Of a stretch of 64,000 nt of DNA, positions 56,928 to 64,000 are shown piece by piece; position 1 is the stretch's first letter; the number at the start of each line of letters is the position of its first letter. The translations under genes were made by a program, and so were the position numbers. Source of the DNA: Bacillota bacterium (GTDB lineage: Bacteria > Bacillota > Clostridia > Lachnospirales > Lachnospiraceae); NCBI GenBank assembly GCA_023391695.1, contig JAEWAK010000008.1, forward strand, positions 56,081 to 120,080. Reading direction: 5' to 3'. The notes beneath the pieces are model-generated. The model had not been told where the DNA came from. It saw only the letters and a list, made by a program, of their open reading frames with translations, and made no database searches.

Positions 56928-57926
56928 ATGGACAGGGATATTGCGGTTAACAGGGATATCGCGGTTATATGCGATTCACAGGAATATAATAGCGAGCATG
57001 TATTACAGACTGTAACCAAAGCAAGAAGTCTTGGTGATAAATGCGGCAGCAGGGTATCGGTCCTATGTGTCGGACACTGGGAGGACCGGAGGGCGGACAT
57101 CTTATTTCGATATGGAGCCGATCATTTGGTCATCTGCAGGCAGGAAGAGCATTTTGACATACCGTATTTTACGGATGTTGTGACAGATATGGTCAAGCAG
57201 AGCCTGCCAGGCGTTATACTTGTGCCGGCGACGGTAAACGGAAAAATTACGGCGGCTGTCTTATCTACCAGATTAGAAGCAGGACTCACAGCGGATTGTA
57301 TCGATATCGGTTTCGATGAGCAGGGGGAACTGTATTTTTCAAGAGCGGCCATCAACGATTCCGTTATTGCAAAGATTAAATGTATCAATTGCAGCATTAG
57401 TATGGGAACGGTAAAAAAGGACGTATTTATAAAAAAAGAATGCGGCAGGCCCGGCAAAGGAACGGTAGAGGAATTTTACTATAAGGGAAGAAAAGAAAAA
57501 CTTTCAGACTCCTGGGAAGTATTGGAATACATAAAAAAAGAAGTAAAAAAAGATGTTAATATTAATCATTATAAAAAAGTTTTCTGCATCGGAAGAGGTG
57601 TTAAAAACCAGGAAACATTTAAAAGAATATGCTGTCTTGCGGAAAAATGCGGTGCCGGAGTAGTTGGAACCAGAGCGGTCGTTGAAGAAGGACTGATTGG
57701 GAAAGAAAGACAGGTCGGCCAGTCAGGAAAAAGTATATCCCCTCATATTTACATAGGATTTGGTGTCTCGGGTGCAAGCCAGCATATGGTCGGAATTAAG
57801 AACGCGGAAATAATAATTGCCGTAAATGCTGATAAAAATGCAGCAATATTCGACTATTCCGATTATTCTATCGTGGATAATATCGAAGCCGTACTTGATG
57901 AACTGGAGAATATGGCAGAAGTTTAG
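56928..57926 (+). CDS. etfA: electron transfer flavoprotein alpha subunit (cluster-associated)
   Basis: GLTADC, QVGQSGK and GVSGASQH..G motifs; no ferredoxin domain; 18-bp duplication (RDIAVN/RDIAVI) at the N-terminus. Confidence 0.88.
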   Translation: MDRDIAVNRDIAVICDSQEYNSEHVLQTVTKARSLGDKCGSRVSVLCVGHWEDRRADILFRYGADHLVICRQEEHFDIPYFTDVVTDMVKQSLPGVILVPATVNGKITAAVLSTRLEAGLTADCIDIGFDEQGELYFSRAAINDSVIAKIKCINCSISMGTVKKDVFIKKECGRPGKGTVEEFYYKGRKEKLSDSWEVLEYIKKEVKKDVNINHYKKVFCIGRGVKNQETFKRICCLAEKCGAGVVGTRAVVEEGLIGKERQVGQSGKSISPHIYIGFGVSGASQHMVGIKNAEIIIAVNADKNAAIFDYSDYSIVDNIEAVLDELENMAEV

Positions 57927-58134
57927 CATGAGAGACAGTACGGTCAGCTGAGAACAGGAAAAATATCAACCTATGAAACATTTTGTTTGAATTTGTAACT
58001 ATTCAGTACTCCTGAGAAATTCGCAGAATTACGAGTAAATCAGCGCCAAAATATATATATTTTGTGTGCATAAGCGCATATTAGAACTGCTGTGACCTGA
58101 ATAGACACAAAAATTTTATTGTGAGGTAGCGTAT

Positions 58135-61100
58135 ATGGAAAGCACAGAAAAAATACAATCAATTACCGGAAAGTCAAATGGTGATGAGAAATATTCCAAG
58201 CGAATGATTTTAACGAAGATATTGAATTGCATTGAGGATTTGTTCGACATAGAAGTATTGGACTATGATGTTACTTTTTCCGAATATGGCATCGAATCTG
58301 TCAGTATACCATTGTTTGTTGAAAAACTGAAGCGTGAATTTAACGTGAATGTCCGTGCCGCGGATATGTTCACCTATTTTACCGTTTCTTTGCTGTCCGA
58401 ATACATAGATTCTCTGATTAATACGGTAGAAACTGAAAAAAGTTCCGGAGATATGAATACCGAACAGGCAAAAGAGAAAATCGCCATTGTCGGCATAAGC
58501 TGCCGTTTTCCGGGAGGTGCAAACAGCATTGATGAATATTGGAACCTGCTGATGAACGGGGCAGACGGCGTAAGCGATATTCCGGAAAGCAGATGGGAAG
58601 CCTTAAAATATTATGATGAAGATAAGACGGTTCCCGGAAAAATGTATTGTAAAAAGGGCGGGTTTTTAAATGTTGATATCGACGAATTCGATGCAAGATT
58701 TTTTAATATTTCGCCGAAAGAAGCGGCAGCCCTTGATCCCCAGCAGAGAATGCTTTTGGAACTTACCTGGGAGGCGTTTGAAAATGCCAATATGGATATT
58801 ACCAAATATAATGGGACCAATACGGGAGTATATTTGGGAATAGCCAATAATGAATATAATTTGTCACAATTATATTCCGGAGATTTGTCAAGAATCGGAG
58901 CATATTCACTTACAGGGAGCTGTATTAGTACCGCATGCGGAAGATTATCCTATACCTTCGGATTTGAGGGACCCTGTATTGCGGTAGATACCGCATGCTC
59001 TTCTACCCTTACGGCGCTGCATCTGGCATGTACGGCGATACAGGCAGGAGAAGCGGATATGCAGGTTGTAGCCGGGATAAATTTAATGGAATCCCCTACT
59101 ACCAACGTTGGCTTCTCAAAATTACAGGCAACTTCCGCAGACGGGCTTAGTAAAGCATTTGATGCGTCTGCCAACGGATATGGAAGAGGCGAAGGCGGTG
59201 GAGTCATCCTTCTTAAACGGTTATCGGATGCCATCAAAGATAAAAATGAAATTCTTGGTATCGTCAGAGGCTCCGGAATAAATCAGGACGGAAAAAGCAA
59301 CGGTCTTACCGCGCCAAATGGAGAAGCGCAGTCAAAACTGATTCGTAAAACATTGATGAATGCAAATCTGGATCCTTTCGAGGTGGATTATGTAGAAATG
59401 CATGGAACCGGAACAAAACTGGGGGATCCCATCGAAGTAAGTGCGGTAGCTGAAACTTACGGAAAGGGGAGAACAAAGGATAACCGGTTAAAGATCGGAT
59501 CGGTCAAATCCAATATCGGACATCTGGAAGCCTCGGCAGGTATTGCGTCAATCATTAAAGTCTTATTATCTATGAAATATCATATCATTCCTGCAAACCT
59601 GCATTTTAATATACCAAACCCGTTTATCAACTGGGAAGATGCCAATGTGGAAGTTATCAGCAAACATGCGGCCTGGGAGAAAGAAGACGGGGTAAGAACC
59701 GCGGCCATTAACGGATTTGGATTCGGCGGTTCCAATGCGCATGTAATTATTGAAGAATACAAAGCAGATTTAAGTACCGGCGGAACCAACATACGGGACG
59801 GTATCGATTTTGTACTTAAAATTTCGGCAAAAAGTGAGAAATCCCTGAAAGCACTGGTTGAAAAATACCAGGTATTGCTCAGGAAATGCACAGAAGGTGA
59901 ATTAGAAGATATCATTTATACGGCCAATAACGGGAGGGCAGATTTGGATTACCGGTTTACCGTTTGCGGTAGTAACCGGGCTATGATTGCGGATAGAATC
60001 GGAAGTTATTTAAAGGATGGTTATGCAGAAGGTGTAGTTGTAAATACGGATGCGGCACCTATGCTGCAAAAGGACAGAAAAGTGGTATTTATGTTTACCG
60101 GACAGGGCTCACAGTATGCCAATATGGGGAGATTACTCTATGAAACAAGTGACGTATTTAAACAGGCGTTTGATGCCTGTGACAAATTGTTTCAGCCGTA
60201 TCTGCTGACATCCGTCTCCGATTTGATTTACAGAGAAAATACAGATGAACAGCTGATCGAAAAAACTGCCTATGCACAGCCCTTGATCTTTACGGTTGAG
60301 TATGCCTTATACAAACTGTGGGAGAGCTATGGCGTGAAACCGGAGATGGTTATGGGACACAGCATTGGCGAATATGCAGCCGCGGTTGCGGCAGGTATTA
60401 TAAGTCTTTATGATGCTGCAAAACTGGTTTCCATCCGGGGAAGGCTTATGGATACGGCACCGGGAAAAGGTATGATGGTGACCATTTTTGCAGAGGAAGA
60501 GAAAGTACAGAAGCTTCTGAAAGAATATGAGGATACGGTAGGTATTGCGGCACATAATGCGAAAGATAACTGTGTAATTTCAGGACAGGCGGATGCGGTG
60601 GAAAAAGTGGAAGCGAAGGCGGTCAGTGAAGGTATCCGTACAAAAAGATTAAAAGTATCCCACGGATTCCATTCCATGCTCATGGAACCGGTACTGAAAG
60701 AGTTTGGTAACATAGCAAAAGAAGTGAATTATAATCCGGCACAGGTAAGATTTATTTCTTCCCTTTATGGGAGGGAACTTGAAGAAGGCCAGGTACTTGG
60801 GAGTGAATACTGGACCCGGCATATCAGAGAAAAAATTGATTTCTATGGGGCGGTTACCAGTATTGATAAGAAAGAAAACTATTTGTTACTGGAAGTAGGA
60901 GCCAACAGAGTATTGGCAGCTCTCTGCAAACTGATTTTTGAAGAAGAAAGAGCCGTTGCATCGTCACTCAACCTTAAGAAAGCAGATAACATACAATTGG
61001 CAGAAGAGATAGGATATCTCTACGCAGCCGGTGTAAATGTGGACTGGAGTAAAATTACATTTGCGGGAAAAACGGATTGGAACCTTGCAAAACTTCCGGG

Positions 61101-63963
61101 CTATCCCTATGAAAAGAATAAATACTGGATGGAACTGAAATATGACAGAGAATCGGAAAGTATAAATGTTCAGGATTATCACAGTATTCTTGGACAGAGA
61201 ATTGACCTTCCCCATATGAATGGCGCCGTAGTATTCCAAAGTACCTTTACCGCATCGGAACCTTATTTTATGAGAGAACATGTTATTTTCGGCACGGCTA
61301 TTTCACCGGCAGCAGCCCATATGGCCATGATGCTTTCTGCCGTTAAGGAAATCGGAAATGCCAGGAGCTGCATATTAAGTAAAATAGAGTTCAGAGCTCC
61401 GCTGGCAGCGAAGGAAGAGGAGCAGCGCCAGGTTCAGATCTGTATTGAAAAAAGGGAAGACGATTCAAAATTCAGTATTGTCAGCAGAGATTCTGATTCC
61501 AGAAATGAGAAATGGCTGCTGCATGCAAAAGGCAATGTATCCATGCAGGAGGAATATGCCTATAAGGAAATGCAGGCAGATATTGAAGGATATAAACGTC
61601 TTGCTTTCGATGAGGAGATCGAAGACAGCATCTATTATTTCATGGACAAATCGGGCTTTGACCTGGGGAAGGGCTTCCGAAGGATCAAGCGTATCAGTTA
61701 TGGGGAGAATGACTGTATCTGTGTGGTAGAACCTTTAAAAACAGTTCCTCATTTTAAAGATTATGTTCTTTATCCGGGAACGGTGGATTCTATTTTACAG
61801 ACAGGAATTGCACTGGTTTTAGAAAAATTAAAAGAACGTACCAATGTCAATGAGGAAGGGAATAAGACGGTTATTCCATATTATCTTGAAAAGCTGACTT
61901 TTAATTATAGGGAATCGGATCAATTATGGTGTTATTCAAAATCAAGTTTGAAAAACGACATCACTTATGCAGATGTGATCGTTTATAACGAAAAAGGTGA
62001 AGTTTTATTAAAGATTGATAATCTTATGGCAAAAATTACGGACAGCAGCAGTTTGTTACGTGAAATGAAAAACCTGAATAAACTGTATTATCACGCAGAC
62101 TGGATAAAGACAGAAGACATCAAGAAAATAGAGGAACTTCCGGAGAATAGGAAATACATACTTTTTGCCGATGAGGAGACAGCGGTTGATACCTTAATTG
62201 AAAAAATGAAAGATTTCGGCCTTGCGGCAGTATCCGCAACGGCAGGATGGGAATACCGGAAAGAAAATGAGAATGCCTATATTATTAACCCGGAAAAGAA
62301 AGAAGACTGGTCGGAACTCTTGGGTGAAATATCCAAGGACAGCGGAACGAAAGCTTTCAATATTATTTACTGTACGACGAAAGACAGCGTACCATTGGAA
62401 GCCGGAAAACAGATGAATTATACGGCTGTGAAAGCATTGCTCTATCTGGTTCAGGTAATGAGCGAAGAAGGATATACACGGGGCAGCAAAATCAAAATAG
62501 TAACGAAAGAGGTCCAAAAACTGGGAGATGTGAAGAAACTGAATCTGTCAGGTTCCATGGTATGGGGATTGGCAAAAGTAATAAGCATCGAATATCTGGA
62601 AATCTTTGGCGGAATCCTTGACGGGGATGAGGCAGCTTTTCGTGAGAATACAGATTTTATTCATGAAGTATTAGGAGATAACGTACAGGAAATATGCATA
62701 AGAGGAAGGTCGCGTTATGCGGGAAGATTAATTTCCCATGCAGATTATTTGAAAAAAGGATTGGATAAGAAAAAGAAAATCCTGTTAAAAGAAGATGCTT
62801 CTTACCTGATTACCGGCGGAACCGGTGCATTAGGCCTTGCCTATGCGGAGCAGTTGGTTAAAGCAGGCGCTAAGAATCTGGCCTTGCTGTGCAGACATGA
62901 ACCGGGACATAAAGCGGAGGAAGCGATCCGGAAATTTTCAGACAGTGGTGTTCAGGTTAAGGTTGTCTATGCAGACGTATGTGATTATGAAAGCCTGAAG
63001 GAAGCAGTGGTTGAAATCAATGCTGCCCTGCCGCCGGTCAGGGGTGTTGTACATGCGGCAGGTGTTTTAAATGATAAAATGCTGATTCACCTTGATTGGA
63101 ATGATTTTGAAAAAGTCCTGGATCCCAAAGCGGCAGGCACCATAAATATTTATCTTGCAGTCGGGGCGGAAGAACTGGATTTCTTTATGATGCTTTCCTC
63201 CATTACAAGTGTAGTGGGAAATATGGGACAGGGCAATTATGCGTCTGGGAATTATTTTATGAATTCTTTTGCAGCACATATGGGCATGAACCGTCTTCCG
63301 GGCTATACCTTCTGCTGGGGACCCTGGAACGAGGGCGGAATGGCAGCAGATAAAGACTCGGTATCAAATACCATGGAAAGAATGGGTATGAAAACCTTCA
63401 CAAAAGAACAAGGTCAGAAGATTATTGAAGATTTTATGGATCAGCCCTATGAAAATCTGCTGATTGCCGATGTTGAGTGGAATACGTTGGGAACTTCCCT
63501 GCAAAATGCCGCAGGCAAAAAAGAATTTTTATCAAAGCTCGTGTCCGAAGAGAAAATGAAAGTGGATACGGAACAGGAAGGTCAGGACAATACCGTCTTA
63601 GAAATACTGAAAAGTTTACAGGGAGAAGAAAGGGAAGAATTCCTGATAGAAAAGCTTCAAGGCATCTGCGGAAAAATTATGGGATACGAAAAAGGCCAAT
63701 TATTATCCGTGGAGGAAGCCTTTCAGGAACAGGGAGCAGATTCTTTGATGATATTTTCCATGCGTACCGCGGTTAATAAGCTGCTTGGTATCGATATTAA
63801 CGTATCCGTATTTTTCAATTATCCTTCCATCGTTAAACTGGCGGATTACCTGTTAAATGAAATTCTGGTCATGCAGGAGGAAAACATGGAAGAAATAGCG
63901 GAAGAAGAAAAAATGAAAAGTATAGAAGACATATTATCTGAAATAGCCGTGTTAACGTCATAG
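58135..63963 (+). CDS. modular cis-AT type I polyketide synthase, ACP-KS-AT-DH-KR-ACP
   Basis: N-terminal ACP YGIESV; KS DTACSS, HGTGT and NIGHLE; AT GHSIG and SHGFHS; DH HVIFGTAISP and DSILQ; KR GGTGALG, HAAGVLND and GNYASGN; C-terminal ACP QGADSL. Confidence 0.95.
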   Translation: MESTEKIQSITGKSNGDEKYSKRMILTKILNCIEDLFDIEVLDYDVTFSEYGIESVSIPLFVEKLKREFNVNVRAADMFTYFTVSLLSEYIDSLINTVETEKSSGDMNTEQAKEKIAIVGISCRFPGGANSIDEYWNLLMNGADGVSDIPESRWEALKYYDEDKTVPGKMYCKKGGFLNVDIDEFDARFFNISPKEAAALDPQQRMLLELTWEAFENANMDITKYNGTNTGVYLGIANNEYNLSQLYSGDLSRIGAYSLTGSCISTACGRLSYTFGFEGPCIAVDTACSSTLTALHLACTAIQAGEADMQVVAGINLMESPTTNVGFSKLQATSADGLSKAFDASANGYGRGEGGGVILLKRLSDAIKDKNEILGIVRGSGINQDGKSNGLTAPNGEAQSKLIRKTLMNANLDPFEVDYVEMHGTGTKLGDPIEVSAVAETYGKGRTKDNRLKIGSVKSNIGHLEASAGIASIIKVLLSMKYHIIPANLHFNIPNPFINWEDANVEVISKHAAWEKEDGVRTAAINGFGFGGSNAHVIIEEYKADLSTGGTNIRDGIDFVLKISAKSEKSLKALVEKYQVLLRKCTEGELEDIIYTANNGRADLDYRFTVCGSNRAMIADRIGSYLKDGYAEGVVVNTDAAPMLQKDRKVVFMFTGQGSQYANMGRLLYETSDVFKQAFDACDKLFQPYLLTSVSDLIYRENTDEQLIEKTAYAQPLIFTVEYALYKLWESYGVKPEMVMGHSIGEYAAAVAAGIISLYDAAKLVSIRGRLMDTAPGKGMMVTIFAEEEKVQKLLKEYEDTVGIAAHNAKDNCVISGQADAVEKVEAKAVSEGIRTKRLKVSHGFHSMLMEPVLKEFGNIAKEVNYNPAQVRFISSLYGRELEEGQVLGSEYWTRHIREKIDFYGAVTSIDKKENYLLLEVGANRVLAALCKLIFEEERAVASSLNLKKADNIQLAEEIGYLYAAGVNVDWSKITFAGKTDWNLAKLPGYPYEKNKYWMELKYDRESESINVQDYHSILGQRIDLPHMNGAVVFQSTFTASEPYFMREHVIFGTAISPAAAHMAMMLSAVKEIGNARSCILSKIEFRAPLAAKEEEQRQVQICIEKREDDSKFSIVSRDSDSRNEKWLLHAKGNVSMQEEYAYKEMQADIEGYKRLAFDEEIEDSIYYFMDKSGFDLGKGFRRIKRISYGENDCICVVEPLKTVPHFKDYVLYPGTVDSILQTGIALVLEKLKERTNVNEEGNKTVIPYYLEKLTFNYRESDQLWCYSKSSLKNDITYADVIVYNEKGEVLLKIDNLMAKITDSSSLLREMKNLNKLYYHADWIKTEDIKKIEELPENRKYILFADEETAVDTLIEKMKDFGLAAVSATAGWEYRKENENAYIINPEKKEDWSELLGEISKDSGTKAFNIIYCTTKDSVPLEAGKQMNYTAVKALLYLVQVMSEEGYTRGSKIKIVTKEVQKLGDVKKLNLSGSMVWGLAKVISIEYLEIFGGILDGDEAAFRENTDFIHEVLGDNVQEICIRGRSRYAGRLISHADYLKKGLDKKKKILLKEDASYLITGGTGALGLAYAEQLVKAGAKNLALLCRHEPGHKAEEAIRKFSDSGVQVKVVYADVCDYESLKEAVVEINAALPPVRGVVHAAGVLNDKMLIHLDWNDFEKVLDPKAAGTINIYLAVGAEELDFFMMLSSITSVVGNMGQGNYASGNYFMNSFAAHMGMNRLPGYTFCWGPWNEGGMAADKDSVSNTMERMGMKTFTKEQGQKIIEDFMDQPYENLLIADVEWNTLGTSLQNAAGKKEFLSKLVSEEKMKVDTEQEGQDNTVLEILKSLQGEEREEFLIEKLQGICGKIMGYEKGQLLSVEEAFQEQGADSLMIFSMRTAVNKLLGIDINVSVFFNYPSIVKLADYLLNEILVMQEENMEEIAEEEKMKSIEDILSEIAVLTS

Positions 63964-64000
63964 TAAGTGGTACTTCCTACGGTTTTCATGTGCCGTGTTT

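Noticed and set aside
52699..57926. Reading the hbd-like, bcd-like and etfBA genes as a butyrate (bcs) operon
   Set aside because: No crotonase or thiolase; the interleaved ACP and FkbH genes and the adjacent PKS point to extender-unit synthesis
1156..63776. Numerous 60-200 aa ORFs antisense to or nested in long genes
   Set aside because: Shadow frames of well-supported genes, with no RBS or recognisable motifs

Overview
Clostridial, probably Lachnospiraceae-like, chromosomal window. From left to right it holds: a lactate oxidation operon (FadR/GntR regulator, permease, EtfB, EtfA, FAD-dependent LctD/GlcD-type dehydrogenase); a Gfo/Idh/MocA oxidoreductase; a MATE transporter; an oligosaccharide locus (GH88, AraC, YesMN-like two-component system, ABC transporter, esterase); a GH94 cellobionate-phosphorylase-like gene; a flavodoxin-fold protein; an AraC regulator; a 1.8 kaa secreted S8 protease; an FNT channel-Crp/Fnr-asrABC operon; a 6.9-kb UlaA-type PTS catabolic cassette bounded by direct repeats; and a MarR-GNAT fusion. 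The right-hand 18 kb is the most interesting part. A complete agr quorum-sensing system (agrA, agrC, an agrD missing from the ORF track with predicted ring CAWVF, agrB) has agrDB as the first genes of a biosynthetic operon. That operon carries an acetyl-CoA carboxylase set, a hydroxymalonyl-ACP-type extender cassette, its own ETF pair and a modular type I PKS (ACP-KS-AT-DH-KR-ACP), and it probably continues past the window. Several small non-coding elements are also visible, including a 66-67 bp element inserted at ribosome-binding sites and a 162-bp MITE with a truncated sister copy. No rRNA, tRNA, CRISPR array or transposase was recognised. All calls come from motif recognition by eye; no database search was run.
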